Source of the DNA: an uncultured Candidatus Saccharibacteria bacterium
GTDB lineage: Bacteria; Patescibacteriota; Saccharimonadia; Saccharimonadales; JBBQAJ01
Length of the DNA stretch: 64,000 bases
Assembly (NCBI GenBank): GCA_964593805.1
Contig: CAZQHP010000001.1
Span: forward strand, 453,283-517,282
Direction of reading: 5' to 3'
Shown here: positions 38,078-47,362 of the stretch, piece after piece
Layout of the letters: each line of letters starts with the position of its first letter
Position numbering within the stretch: the stretch's first letter is position 1
Made by a program: the position numbers and the translations under genes
The notes under the pieces: generated by a model
Databases searched by the model: none
The model's input: only the letters and a program-made list of their open reading frames with translations
What the model was told of the DNA's origin: nothing

Positions 38078-38518
38078 ATGTCGGATTTTGAGCGCAAAGT
38101 GTCTAATAATCCAGTTGAATATGCCCGGGGTGTTATTTTTTCTGCCCAGAATGAAGTTTTGCTGTTAGAACGAGCCGGCGAACATAGCACTGGCTTGTGG
38201 GAGTGTCCCGGTGACGTACTAGATCTTGGAGAATCATTTGAAATGGCACGCTACCGCGCAATCTACGAAAAAACCGGTTTAGAAGTAATCCGTTTCCCAT
38301 CGCCTCAACCCGACTTTGTAATTGAGTACGGTCAGCGCCGGACAGAGTTCAGCCTTGTGCGAGTGTTTGGCGGAGAGCTTAGGCTGAACCCCCAAGAAAA
38401 CTCCGGATACATTTATGCCGATCCCCGAACAGTTCTGGATCGTGATTTAGCACCAGATACTCAAGCGGCGCTTAAATACTACGCCCCATCATTTCAGCAG
38501 CTAAAACCTCTCGAATAA
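38078..38518 (+). CDS. NUDIX-family hydrolase with a degenerate Nudix box
   Basis: 146 aa. GDVLDLGESFEMARYRAIYEKTGL aligns to Gx5Ex7REUxEExGU, but RE is replaced by RA and EE by EK. Confidence 0.7.
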   Translation: MSDFERKVSNNPVEYARGVIFSAQNEVLLLERAGEHSTGLWECPGDVLDLGESFEMARYRAIYEKTGLEVIRFPSPQPDFVIEYGQRRTEFSLVRVFGGELRLNPQENSGYIYADPRTVLDRDLAPDTQAALKYYAPSFQQLKPLE

Positions 38519-38600
38519 TTACCTAAAAATAAGTTGCTACCAAATTGGTTATACTTGCGCTACAATCAACTTGTATAGTTAATGAGGCTTATAAAAACAC

Positions 38601-38999
38601 ATGACAGAAATTGCACGGGTGCCTGCTGAGCGGATGTCCGTTTGCGAGCTGCGTGAATTGTTTGCACATGTGCAGGGCGAAGGTGCGCAGCCGTTTGGCG
38701 ATGAGCTTGCTCTGGAGCTGGGCCGCCCCGAAGCGGTGGCTTGCACAACCCAAGAGCCAGGCTATCCGTGGTATGGTAATTTTTTGCTTCAGCTTTGCAG
38801 CGACTCCGAAGTAGTTAAATTTACTCGCCTCAAGCCCGACCGGCGACAAGGTTTTTTGATTGATAGGTTTCAGCAAGAGCCAGGGCGTGTGGGCGGGGAC
38901 GTCTTGCGAATAGGTAGCCGGGCGCTGATTTTGTGCCCGCAGACGCTGGACGCAACAATCAATAGAACATTGCCAGTCACAAGCATCCGCTACATATGA
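38601..38999 (+). CDS. Hypothetical protein
   Basis: 132-aa ORF. I recognise no motif. Confidence 0.4.
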   Translation: MTEIARVPAERMSVCELRELFAHVQGEGAQPFGDELALELGRPEAVACTTQEPGYPWYGNFLLQLCSDSEVVKFTRLKPDRRQGFLIDRFQQEPGRVGGDVLRIGSRALILCPQTLDATINRTLPVTSIRYI

Positions 39000-39045
39000 G
39001 ATTGGTTAGTTTGCATAAGCGGAATGAATCCTGTTCAATGTAGCC

Positions 39046-39318
39046 ATGGCCAAACAAAAAACCCCAGCGCAGGAACTTGACGGCGTGTACATACTCAAAA
39101 TTGTTTTGTATCTGATAATTGGCGCGCAGTGGGTCAGGCTGGTAGATCCCGCCCTGACCAAACAGATACCTTTGCCGCTAGGCCTGGTTGTAGGAGCTAT
39201 GTTTGCCATGCATGAACATTTCCAAATTGACCGCAAGATTGAATTCGCTATCCTGCTCATAGCCTGCTTTGTAGGCTTCTGGTCGCAAACCGGGCTGCTT
39301 ATAGCAATCCTCAATTAG
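39046..39318 (+). CDS. Hypothetical small membrane protein
   Basis: 90 aa with three hydrophobic segments. Confidence 0.45.
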   Translation: MAKQKTPAQELDGVYILKIVLYLIIGAQWVRLVDPALTKQIPLPLGLVVGAMFAMHEHFQIDRKIEFAILLIACFVGFWSQTGLLIAILN

Positions 39319-39345
39319 GTAACTGATTGTAGTATTTGCAACACC

Positions 39346-39375
39346 TTGACAGAGAAGCCGGCCACATGGTAATCT
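39346..39375 (+). promoter_or_regulatory. Promoter for the rplC-led ribosomal operon
   Basis: TTGACA (39346-39351), 18-nt spacer, TGgTAATCT. Confidence 0.5.
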
Positions 39376-39404
39376 GTTATGGTCTCCAAATTGATTTCTT
39401 GGTC

Positions 39405-39474
39405 TATTGGCAAGGTTCGCTACCAATAACAGGGGCGAAAACCAGCAGTGACCAAGCATTTTTATGTTTCGCCC
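39405..39474 (+). promoter_or_regulatory. Structured leader upstream of rplC (two hairpins)
   Basis: The stems are TATTGG/CCAATA (39405-39428) and GGGCGAAA/TTTCGCCC (39433-39474). Confidence 0.45.
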
Positions 39475-39526
39475 TCATTAGGTAGGTGCGAAAAGAGTTA
39501 ATAAACGGTAAAGGTTTTAGTTACAA

Positions 39527-40141
39527 GTGAAAGCATTTATTACCAGAAAAGTCGGTATGACCAGCGCCATCGCGGAAGATGGTGTTATGCAGGCTGTGAC
39601 TTTGCTTTCCGCTTCGCCAAACACAGTGACGCAGATAAAGAATGATGAAACAGACGGTTATGTGGCAATCCAAATGGGCATGGGAACCGCAAAAAAGATG
39701 GGCAAGTCGCTGGCAGGGCATTTCAAACTCTCAAAGGCTCAGCCCAAGGTCTCTCGTGAATTCCGCATTACAGAAGCCCCCGAAGACCTAAGCGTCGGCT
39801 CGCAACTCGCAGCCGACGTTTTTAGTGTGGGCGATGTTGTGCACATAACCGCAACCAGCAAGGGCAAGGGCTGGGCCGGAACAATAAAGCGCCACAACTT
39901 TAACACCGGGCGCAAAACGCATGGTGGCGGTTCCTACCGGCGCCCCGGTTCTATTGGTTCCATGTATCCCCAGAAGATTTTCAAAGGTAAAAAGATGGCC
40001 GGGCAAATGGGCGACGAACAAGTTACCGTACGCAATCTCAAAGTTGCATTAGTAGATATGGAACTCGGAGTGATTGGCGTGACCGGTGCCGTGCCGGGAC
40101 CACGAAAAGGTATTGTCTTGGTCAGAGGAGCTAAACCATGA
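39527..40141 (+). CDS. rplC: 50S ribosomal protein L3
   Basis: 204 aa with a GTG start. Has KVGMT..., and GKGWAGTIKRHNF is the L3 signature. Confidence 0.95.
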   Translation: MKAFITRKVGMTSAIAEDGVMQAVTLLSASPNTVTQIKNDETDGYVAIQMGMGTAKKMGKSLAGHFKLSKAQPKVSREFRITEAPEDLSVGSQLAADVFSVGDVVHITATSKGKGWAGTIKRHNFNTGRKTHGGGSYRRPGSIGSMYPQKIFKGKKMAGQMGDEQVTVRNLKVALVDMELGVIGVTGAVPGPRKGIVLVRGAKP

Positions 40142-40788
40142 GCATAGCTACTTACACCAAAACAGGAACAAAAGCCACAACACCGGCCAAGCTGGATAAA
40201 TCAGTATTTGGCGTAGTGCCCGAAAGTCACGAACTGCTTAAATCAGCCTATGTTGCCTACTTAGCCAATGGACGTACAAGTGCCGGCAACACAAAAACTC
40301 GTGGTTTAGTCCGCGGCGGCGGCCGCAAGCCCTGGAAGCAAAAAGGCACCGGACGGGCTCGTTTTGGTTCATCCAGAAACCCTATCTGGCGTGGTGGAGG
40401 AATTGTATTTGGCCCAACCGGCGAAGAAAACTATAGCCACAAAATGCACACCAACGCTAAACGCCAGGCTACCCGCCAAGCACTAAGCGTGGCATCAGCA
40501 GAAAACAAACTGATTATTATTGAAACATTTGAATGCAAAGACGGCAAAGTTGCTCCAACTATCAAGTTGCTGGACAAAATCGGAGCTAAGGGCAATGTTT
40601 TGCTGGCCGTTAGCTTGAAGGACGAACTAGTTGAACGCGCAACGCGCAATTTGCCTAATATCAAGGTTGTTCAGGCGAAATACTTGAACGTTTATGACCT
40701 TATGAATGCTGACAGTGTTGTTATGAGCAAGAAAGCCTTAGATATCGTTACTGAGTGGTTAGCTCCTGTTAAAAAGGAGACAAAGTAA
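40138..40788 (+). CDS. rplD: 50S ribosomal protein L4
   Basis: 216 aa. Has GGGRKPWKQKGTGRAR. ATGA overlap with rplC. Confidence 0.95.
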   Translation: MSIATYTKTGTKATTPAKLDKSVFGVVPESHELLKSAYVAYLANGRTSAGNTKTRGLVRGGGRKPWKQKGTGRARFGSSRNPIWRGGGIVFGPTGEENYSHKMHTNAKRQATRQALSVASAENKLIIIETFECKDGKVAPTIKLLDKIGAKGNVLLAVSLKDELVERATRNLPNIKVVQAKYLNVYDLMNADSVVMSKKALDIVTEWLAPVKKETK

Positions 40789-41126
40789 TGGATAAGTCTA
40801 TGGTTTTGAAACCGCGTATAAGTGAAAAAGCCTACGCACTTAGCCAATCCATGAATGTCTACGTTATGCAGGTTCCTGCCGACGCCAACCGCTTGAGCGT
40901 GGCTGGTGCTGTTACCGCGCAATTCGGCGTGACTGTAACAAAAGTCAACATTGCCAACGCCAAGGGCAAGCTAAAGCGCACCGTCCGCAAAGGCGGTCGC
41001 CAGACGTTTGGCAAGCGTCCTGATACCAAGAAGGCTTACGTGACTCTAAAGGCCGGCGATAGCATCGCTGTTTTTGCCAACGAAGAAGACACCAAAAAAG
41101 AGATCGCCAAGGGGAAGAAAAAATGA
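40788..41126 (+). CDS. rplW: 50S ribosomal protein L23
   Basis: 112 aa. Called by position and the KPRISEKA N-terminus. Confidence 0.9.
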   Translation: MDKSMVLKPRISEKAYALSQSMNVYVMQVPADANRLSVAGAVTAQFGVTVTKVNIANAKGKLKRTVRKGGRQTFGKRPDTKKAYVTLKAGDSIAVFANEEDTKKEIAKGKKK

Positions 41127-41959
41127 GCATAAAACTTTACAAGCCGACTACTCCCGGACGCCGCGGCATGACCAGCCAAGATCTTGACCAGGTTACCACC
41201 AAAAAGCCTCTAAAGTCTTTGACCGTCATCAAGAAAAAGCATTCTGGCCGCAACAATATGGGGCGTATTACCACCCGGCACCGCGGCGGAGGCGTGCGCA
41301 AGTTTTACCGAATCATGAATTACAAGCTTGCCCCTGGCACTGAAGCACTCGTGGAACACATAGAATACGACCCAAACCGCAGCGCTCGCATAGCTCGTAT
41401 AAAAGACAGTACCAACACTTACCACTACATCCTAGCGGCTCAAGGCATGAAAATTGGAGACAAAATCCATAGCGGCGAAGAAGCGGCCATAGAAACCGGC
41501 AATCGTTTGCCGCTAAAGAGTATTCCTGTAGGTAGTTTGGTGCACGCTGTTGAGCTAACGCCTGGACGCGGTGCGCAAATGGTTCGTTCTGCTGGCGCCA
41601 GCGCCCAGCTGGTTGCCCGTGAAGGCGAATACGCTCAGGTCAAACTGCCCAGCGGCGAAGTGCGACTCGTTCACATAGAATGCACGGCTAGCGTTGGCGT
41701 GATTGGCAACGAACAGCACCAGAACATCAAATGGGGCAAGGCCGGACGTATGCGCCACAAAGGCTTCCGTCCATCTGTTCGGGGCGTAGTTATGAACGCC
41801 GCAGACCACCCGCACGGCGGTGGTGACGGTGGCCGACACGGTATAGGTAAAGACCCGCGCACGCCATGGGGTCAGAAAACTCTGGGCTACAAGACTCGAA
41901 GCCGTAAAGCAGACAACAAGTTTATCTTAAAATCCCGCCACGTAGGAAAGAGGAAATAA
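41123..41959 (+). CDS. rplB: 50S ribosomal protein L2
   Basis: 278 aa. Has RGVVMNAADHPHGGG. Confidence 0.97.
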   Translation: MSIKLYKPTTPGRRGMTSQDLDQVTTKKPLKSLTVIKKKHSGRNNMGRITTRHRGGGVRKFYRIMNYKLAPGTEALVEHIEYDPNRSARIARIKDSTNTYHYILAAQGMKIGDKIHSGEEAAIETGNRLPLKSIPVGSLVHAVELTPGRGAQMVRSAGASAQLVAREGEYAQVKLPSGEVRLVHIECTASVGVIGNEQHQNIKWGKAGRMRHKGFRPSVRGVVMNAADHPHGGGDGGRHGIGKDPRTPWGQKTLGYKTRSRKADNKFILKSRHVGKRK

Positions 41960-41962
41960 ATC

Positions 41963-42238
41963 ATGTCCAGATCACTGAAAAAAGGACCATTTATTGACCC
42001 CAAGCTTGCCAAGAAAGTTGCTGCGCTGGGGAACGAAGACCGCACCATCATAAAGACATGGGCGCGGGCTAGTACTATCAGTCCTGAATTCGTGGGCAAG
42101 ACAATTGCTGTGCACAACGGCAAGGTTCATGTGCCGGTTTTTATAACTGAAAACATGGTTGGCCACAAACTTGGTGAATTCAGCCCTACCCGCAAATTCC
42201 GTAGCCACGGCGGCAAACTAGCCAAGGGAGGCAAATAA
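41963..42238 (+). CDS. rpsS: 30S ribosomal protein S19
   Basis: 91 aa. Starts [10 protein letters not shown] and has HNGK. Confidence 0.97.
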   Translation: MSRSLKKGPFIDPKLAKKVAALGNEDRTIIKTWARASTISPEFVGKTIAVHNGKVHVPVFITENMVGHKLGEFSPTRKFRSHGGKLAKGGK

Positions 42239-42639
42239 TGAGCGTGCAAGCTTCTGCCAAAGGCGTCCGTATGAGTCCGCGCAAAGTCGCAGTTGTGGCT
42301 GATCTAGTTCGAGGCCGTTCTGTGGAAGACGCCATTACTATTTTGAGCCACACGCCGCGCCGTTCGGCCATGGCTGTTCGCAAAGTTATAGAATCAGCTC
42401 GTGCAAATGCCAACCACAACCATAACTACAAACCAGATACACTACAGATTACCGAAATCCGCGTAAGTACCGGTCCAAGCATCAAGCGCTACCGCCCCGC
42501 TTCTCATGGACGCGCCTTGCCTTTCCTGCGCCGAAGCTCACACATATATGTAGAAGTCGATGGCGAAATCCGAGTAGCCAAAAAACCCGCAACTGCCAAA
42601 AACACTTCGACTAAGCTCAGTACAGGGGAGGCCAAATAA
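42238..42639 (+). CDS. rplV: 50S ribosomal protein L22
   Basis: 133 aa. Has the L22 core plus a short basic C-terminal tail. Confidence 0.93.
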   Translation: MSVQASAKGVRMSPRKVAVVADLVRGRSVEDAITILSHTPRRSAMAVRKVIESARANANHNHNYKPDTLQITEIRVSTGPSIKRYRPASHGRALPFLRRSSHIYVEVDGEIRVAKKPATAKNTSTKLSTGEAK

Positions 42640-42640
42640 C

Positions 42641-43273
42641 ATGGGCCAAAAAGTAAATCCAATTTCTATGCGCCTGCAGGTCAACAAAGACTGGCGCAGC
42701 AAATGGTTCGCAAGTAAACAAGACTATGCGAAGTTTTTGACGCAAGACTTAGAAGTCCGCCGCTTGATCCAGAACAAGGTTGGCAGCCGCGGCGGAATAA
42801 ACAAAGTTGATATTGAGCGCTCGCCAAACCTGGTGTCCGTCACAATTAGTACGGCGAAAGCTGGTGTGGTGATTGGTCGTGGGGGTTCAGGCGCGCAGGA
42901 ACTAAAAGCCGCAATTGAGAAGATTTATGCCACGCCAACCCGCGTCAACATAGAAGAAATCAAGAAGCCTGAACTTTACGCCAAGCTGGTTGCCGAAAAC
43001 ATTGCCCATCAGCTAGAACGCCGTATCGCCTTTCGTCGCGCGGTTAAGTCTTCTGCGGCAGCCACTATGCGCGCCGGCGCAAAAGGCATAAGAATTGAGA
43101 TTTCCGGCCGTTTGGGCGGCGCAGATATGTCCCGCCGTGAGAAAACCGTGGAAGGCAGCGTACCTCTGCACACACTGCGGGCTGACATTGATTACCACCA
43201 AGCAACGGCCGCTTATCCTGGTTCGGGACTAATCGGTATTAAAGTTTGGATATATAAGGGAGAGGTTGCCTAG
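42641..43273 (+). CDS. rpsC: 30S ribosomal protein S3
   Basis: 210 aa. Starts MGQKVNP and has a KH domain (GRGGSG). Confidence 0.96.
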   Translation: MGQKVNPISMRLQVNKDWRSKWFASKQDYAKFLTQDLEVRRLIQNKVGSRGGINKVDIERSPNLVSVTISTAKAGVVIGRGGSGAQELKAAIEKIYATPTRVNIEEIKKPELYAKLVAENIAHQLERRIAFRRAVKSSAAATMRAGAKGIRIEISGRLGGADMSRREKTVEGSVPLHTLRADIDYHQATAAYPGSGLIGIKVWIYKGEVA

Positions 43274-43274
43274 C

Positions 43275-43688
43275 ATGTTAATGCCAAAGCGACAAAAACA
43301 CCGCAAGGTGTTCAAAGGCAAAATCCGTGGCGTTGCTACTGTGGGCAACGAGATTGCTTTTGGCCAGTACGCGTTGCAGGCACAAGGCCATGACCGCGTG
43401 ACCTCTCGCCAGATTGAATCTGCCCGCCAAGCCATGACCCGGTATGTCAAACGCGGCGGCAAAATCTGGATTCGTATTTTCCCGCACACACCGGTAAGCC
43501 GCAAACCTCAAGACGTCAAAATGGGCAGCGGCAAGGGCAACCCGGAGTTTTTTGTGGCCAAAGTGCGTCCGGGAACCATCTTGTTTGAAATGCAGGGCGT
43601 GCCAGAAGAAATAGCCCGTGAAGCCATGCGCCTAGCGGCGCATAAATTATCCGTAAAAACCAAGTTTTTGGTCAAGGACGAGGTCTAA
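43275..43688 (+). CDS. rplP: 50S ribosomal protein L16
   Basis: Canonical [11 protein letters not shown] start at ATG 43275. The ORF track begins at TTG 43266. Confidence 0.95.
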   Translation: MLMPKRQKHRKVFKGKIRGVATVGNEIAFGQYALQAQGHDRVTSRQIESARQAMTRYVKRGGKIWIRIFPHTPVSRKPQDVKMGSGKGNPEFFVAKVRPGTILFEMQGVPEEIAREAMRLAAHKLSVKTKFLVKDEV

Positions 43689-43692
43689 TGTT

Positions 43693-43893
43693 ATGAAAAT
43701 TGCTGAAATCCGCAAAATTAAGACCGGCGAGCTGGCAACCGAAAGTACTAAACTGCGCGAAGAAATTGCCGAAATCCGCCGCCGTGTACACATGGGTGAA
43801 ACCACCAATGTCCGGCAATTGCGCACCAAGCGTAAAGATTTAGCCCGTATGTTAACAGTATTATCTGAACAACTAATTAAGGAAGCCTCATGA
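43693..43893 (+). CDS. rpmC: 50S ribosomal protein L29
   Basis: 66 aa. Called by position and its coiled-coil L29 pattern. Confidence 0.9.
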   Translation: MKIAEIRKIKTGELATESTKLREEIAEIRRRVHMGETTNVRQLRTKRKDLARMLTVLSEQLIKEAS

Positions 43894-43906
43894 GTATTTG
43901 CAGCCT

Positions 43907-43980
43907 AAGGGAAAAGAGAGCCCGAGACTTGAGCTTTGCTCAAGCACGGCGCGATGAGAAAAACCGTAGGTTTGTCTCAT
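43907..43980 (+). repeat. Double-hairpin repeat element, copy C (between rpmC and rpsQ)
   Basis: aaGGGAAAAGAGAGCCCG, aga, hairpin 1 (CTTGAGC-ttt-GCTCAAG), caCGGCGCG, hairpin 2 (ATGAGAaAAACC-gta-GGTTTgTCTCAT). Confidence 0.8.
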
Positions 43981-44002
43981 GGGCAATTAAGGAGAGCATG
44001 TA

Positions 44003-44419
44003 ATGGCTAAGACACTCACCGGTGTTGTATCAAGCGACCGCGCCGACAAAACAATTGTCGTTACAGTGCGGACCCGTAAAACACACCCTATTTACAAGAA
44101 ACAATATACCGTCAGCACAAAATTCATGGCACACGACGAGCAGAATGAAGCCAAGCTGGGCGACCAAGTCATAATCAGCGAAACTCGTCCTATATCTGCC
44201 CGCAAGCGCTTCATGCTGGAAAAAGTGCTTGAGCGCGCCGTAATCCGCCATGAAGAACCCGAAGAGACCGAAAAGCCTAAAGATACAAAGAAAAAGACTG
44301 AAGTGAATACCTCAGAGTCGCCAGTCGAAAGTCCAAAGTCAAAAGTAAAAGAATCTGGGACAAAACTAAAGACTAGCGACAAGAAACTAAAGACTGCGAA
44401 GCCGGAGGCGGAGTTATGA
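44003..44419 (+). CDS. rpsQ: 30S ribosomal protein S17 with a ~55-aa K/E/S-rich C-terminal extension
   Basis: 138 aa. The S17 core ends near LERAVIRH. The tail is encoded by a heptamer-periodic tract. Confidence 0.93.
   Translation: MAKTLTGVVSSDRADKTIVVTVRTRKTHPIYKKQYTVSTKFMAHDEQNEAKLGDQVIISETRPISARKRFMLEKVLERAVIRHEEPEETEKPKDTKKKTEVNTSESPVESPKSKVKESGTKLKTSDKKLKTAKPEAEL
44316..44399 (+). repeat. Heptamer-periodic tract encoding the S17 C-terminal tail
   Basis: AGTCGCC AGTCGAA AGTCCAA AGTCAAA AGTAAAA GAATCTG GGACAAA ACTAAAG ACTAGCG ACAAGAA ACTAAAG ACTGCGA. Confidence 0.75.
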
Positions 44420-44784
44420 TTCAGCAAGAATCACGTTTAGTCGTTTGTGATAATAGTGGCGCAAAAGAGATTTTGTGTATTCGGGTGCTGGGAGGCACGC
44501 GCCGCCGTTATGCTCGTGTGGGCGACACAATTGTTGCCACTGTCAAACAAGCCAACCCAACTGGCGGGGTCAAGAAAAAATCAGTTGTGCGGGCTGTGGT
44601 AGTGCGCACGCGTGACGCGATTCAGCGCAAAGACGGTTCGTCTATCCGCTTTGATGACAACGCGGCAGTAATAATCGGCGATGATAAGCTACCAAAGGCT
44701 ACCCGTATTTTTGGCCCAGTTCCCCGTGAACTGCGCGACCAAGGCTACGCCAAAATCATCAGCCTCGCACCGGAGGTACTATGA
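44416..44784 (+). CDS. rplN: 50S ribosomal protein L14
   Basis: 122 aa. Starts [17 protein letters not shown]. Confidence 0.97.
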   Translation: MIQQESRLVVCDNSGAKEILCIRVLGGTRRRYARVGDTIVATVKQANPTGGVKKKSVVRAVVVRTRDAIQRKDGSSIRFDDNAAVIIGDDKLPKATRIFGPVPRELRDQGYAKIISLAPEVL

Positions 44785-45116
44785 TAGGTCCAAAAGTTTG
44801 GAAAATCCGTTTGAACAAAGGCGACACCGTGGTGGTGCTGGCCGGCAAGTACAAGGGCAAAACTGGCAAAATTACGGCTACGCATCCCAAAGAAAATAAA
44901 GTAACGGTTGAAGGCATCAACATCGTCAAAAAGCACCAGAAGCCTAACCGTGAACACCCCCAGGGCGGCATAATAGAACTCACCAAGCCAATTTGGGTTA
45001 GCAAAGTTGGTGCATATGAACCAACGGCCAAAAAGGCCTCGCGCATTGGCTACAAAGTTGATAAAGACGGCAAAAAGACCCGGATGTATAAGACGAGTGG
45101 AAAGGAGATGAAGTAA
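44781..45116 (+). CDS. rplX: 50S ribosomal protein L24
   Basis: 111 aa. Has the KOW motif ([18 protein letters not shown]). Confidence 0.95.
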   Translation: MIGPKVWKIRLNKGDTVVVLAGKYKGKTGKITATHPKENKVTVEGINIVKKHQKPNREHPQGGIIELTKPIWVSKVGAYEPTAKKASRIGYKVDKDGKKTRMYKTSGKEMK

Positions 45117-45754
45117 TGGCTACAGCTGAAAAAGTCCAAAGTCCAAAGTCCACCCGTGCGGCAAGCTCAGGGTCTTCGAAAGTCCAAAGTACTACGCCTA
45201 TTTCATCTGCCCGACTAAAGGCTCTATACCAGTCGCAGTACTCAGCCGAGCTTCTGAAAGAACTCGGTTTGAAAAACGTCAACCAATTGCCTCTCCTGGA
45301 AAAAATCGTTCTAAATGTCGGGCTGGGTAAGGCTAAAGATGACAAAAAAGTCATTGCCACCGCCGAAAACACCCTGGCCAAGATTACCGGCCAGAAGCCG
45401 ATTGAAACCACCGCCAAACTATCTATTGCCGGATTCAAGCTCCGTGAAGGCAACAAAATTGGCTCAAAGGTCACACTCCGCGGCGACCGCATGTACGAGT
45501 TTATGGACCGGCTCATTAACATCGTATTGCCCAGGCTGCGCGATTTCCACGGGGTAAAGCTAAAGGCATTTGATAAATCAGGCAATTTCAGCATTGGCAT
45601 CAATGACCAGTCCGTTTTTCCGGAGCTGACTTTTGAAGAAACAACTACGGTTCATGGCTTACAAGCAGTGTTTGTAATCCGCTGCCACGAACCTTTGCAC
45701 GCTAAAGCATTGCTGGAAAAATTCGGCATGCCCTTCGAAAAAGGAGATAAATAA
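45116..45754 (+). CDS. rplE: 50S ribosomal protein L5 with a ~30-aa N-terminal extension
   Basis: 212 aa. The L5 core begins at RLKALYQ. The extension is encoded by AGTCCAA repeats. Confidence 0.94.
   Translation: MATAEKVQSPKSTRAASSGSSKVQSTTPISSARLKALYQSQYSAELLKELGLKNVNQLPLLEKIVLNVGLGKAKDDKKVIATAENTLAKITGQKPIETTAKLSIAGFKLREGNKIGSKVTLRGDRMYEFMDRLINIVLPRLRDFHGVKLKAFDKSGNFSIGINDQSVFPELTFEETTTVHGLQAVFVIRCHEPLHAKALLEKFGMPFEKGDK
45133..45194 (+). repeat. AGTCCAA heptamer repeats encoding the L5 N-terminal tail
   Basis: AGTCCAA AGTCCAA AGTCCAc at 45133-45153, and AGTCCAA AGTACTA at 45181-45194. Confidence 0.8.
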
Positions 45755-46023
45755 TGGCCAAGAAATCAATTATTGCCCGCGATCTAAAGCGCAAGCGCAT
45801 GATCACGCAATACGCCGCTAAACGCGCTGAGCTAAAAGAACTCGGCGACCGTGAAGGTTTGCACAAGCTGCCCAGAAACTCGTCCCCAACTCGTTTCAAA
45901 AACCGTTGCAGCGAAACCGGGCGTCCACGCGCCTACATGCGCCAATTCGGCTTGTCCCGTCTGTCATTCCGCGAACACGCATCCAAGGGTGAAATACCTG
46001 GCGTAACTAAGGCCAGCTGGTAA
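45754..46023 (+). CDS. rpsN: 30S ribosomal protein S14 (long, Cys-free form)
   Basis: 89 aa. Has no CxxC pairs. Ends in the canonical KASW. Confidence 0.94.
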   Translation: MAKKSIIARDLKRKRMITQYAAKRAELKELGDREGLHKLPRNSSPTRFKNRCSETGRPRAYMRQFGLSRLSFREHASKGEIPGVTKASW

Positions 46024-46040
46024 GGAAAGGAGCAAAACAT

Positions 46041-46442
46041 ATGAGTACAGTAACAACAGATCCAATTGCAGATATGCTTTCGCGAATCAGGAACGCCTTG
46101 GCCGTCAACAAAACGGAGATTAGTCTGCCGCACTCCAACACAAAGGAGGCCGTGGCGCGACTAATTAAGTCAAGCCGCTATATTGACGAAGTAAAAGTCG
46201 TGGATGCCAGCATTGGCAAAACCCTGACGCTGAACCTGCATACGACTGACAGTAATTCACGTATTACCGAAATTGTGCGCTTAAGCAAGCCGGGCCGCCG
46301 TTTGTACACTTCCGCTGACAAAATGCCCTCTATCAAGCAAGGCCGGGGTATTGTGATTGTTAGCACCAGCAAAGGCATGATGACCGGGCGTGAAGCCAAA
46401 AAGCAGCGCTTAGGCGGTGAACTAATTTGTAGGATTTACTAA
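46041..46442 (+). CDS. rpsH: 30S ribosomal protein S8
   Basis: 133 aa. Has DPIADMLSRIRNA. Confidence 0.96.
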   Translation: MSTVTTDPIADMLSRIRNALAVNKTEISLPHSNTKEAVARLIKSSRYIDEVKVVDASIGKTLTLNLHTTDSNSRITEIVRLSKPGRRLYTSADKMPSIKQGRGIVIVSTSKGMMTGREAKKQRLGGELICRIY

Positions 46443-46461
46443 GGAATAATAAGGAAATATT

Positions 46462-47001
46462 ATGAGTCGCATAGGAAAACAGCCCATAGACATACCGTCT
46501 GGCGTGACAATCACTGTCGACCCTGAAACTATTACAGTAAGTGGTAGCAAGGGCACGCTCAGCCAATTCACAATGCCCGGCATCACTGTCAAGCAAGAAG
46601 AAAATCAAGTAATCGTCACTCGCGTAGACGACGAAGCGTCAAACAGGTCAAAACATGGTCTGATGCGTTCACTCGTGAACAACATGATTGTTGGTGTTTC
46701 AACAGGCTTCAGCAAACAACTAGAGCTAAATGGTGTTGGTTACCGTGTGGCGTTGGCGGGCAATGGCCTGAAACTAAATTTGGGTTTTTCTCACGAAGTT
46801 AATTATACGTTACCCCAGGGCGTGACCGCGGCAGTTGAGCAGAATATCATCACCATCAGTGGTATTAGCAAGCAGCAAGTAGGACAGGCCGCAGCAGAAA
46901 TTCGAGCACTCAAGAAGCCAGAACCATACAAAGGCAAAGGCCTCAAATATGTTGGCGAACGCATTATTCGCAAAAGCGGTAAATCAGGTAAGGACAAATA
47001 G
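46462..47001 (+). CDS. rplF: 50S ribosomal protein L6
   Basis: 179 aa. Starts MSRIGKQPI. Confidence 0.96.
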   Translation: MSRIGKQPIDIPSGVTITVDPETITVSGSKGTLSQFTMPGITVKQEENQVIVTRVDDEASNRSKHGLMRSLVNNMIVGVSTGFSKQLELNGVGYRVALAGNGLKLNLGFSHEVNYTLPQGVTAAVEQNIITISGISKQQVGQAAAEIRALKKPEPYKGKGLKYVGERIIRKSGKSGKDK

Positions 47002-47004
47002 ATT

Positions 47005-47361
47005 ATGGAACGATTACAGAAAAAAGTGCAAAATCTGGCACGTAGACGCCACCGCGTTCGTACTAAAGTTACAGGGACTTCTGCACGCCCGCGTTTGACG
47101 GTTTTTATTAGTAACCTGAATGTGACAGCTCAAATTGTTGACGACACAAAGCACGCCACATTGGTATACGTAACGAGTGTTGGCAATAAGTCCGCAACCG
47201 GGACTATGACTGAGCGTGCTGTGCTGATTGGTAAGGAGATTGCTGAAAAAGCAAAAGCAGCCAAGATTAAACAAGTAGTATTTGACCGCAACGGCCGCCT
47301 GTATCACGGTCGCATTAAAGCTCTTGCAGACGCTGCTCGGGCAGGAGGATTGGAGTTCTAA
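47005..47361 (+). CDS. rplR: 50S ribosomal protein L18
   Basis: 118 aa. Has RPRLTVF and YHGR. Confidence 0.95.
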   Translation: MERLQKKVQNLARRRHRVRTKVTGTSARPRLTVFISNLNVTAQIVDDTKHATLVYVTSVGNKSATGTMTERAVLIGKEIAEKAKAAKIKQVVFDRNGRLYHGRIKALADAARAGGLEF

Positions 47362-47362
47362 T

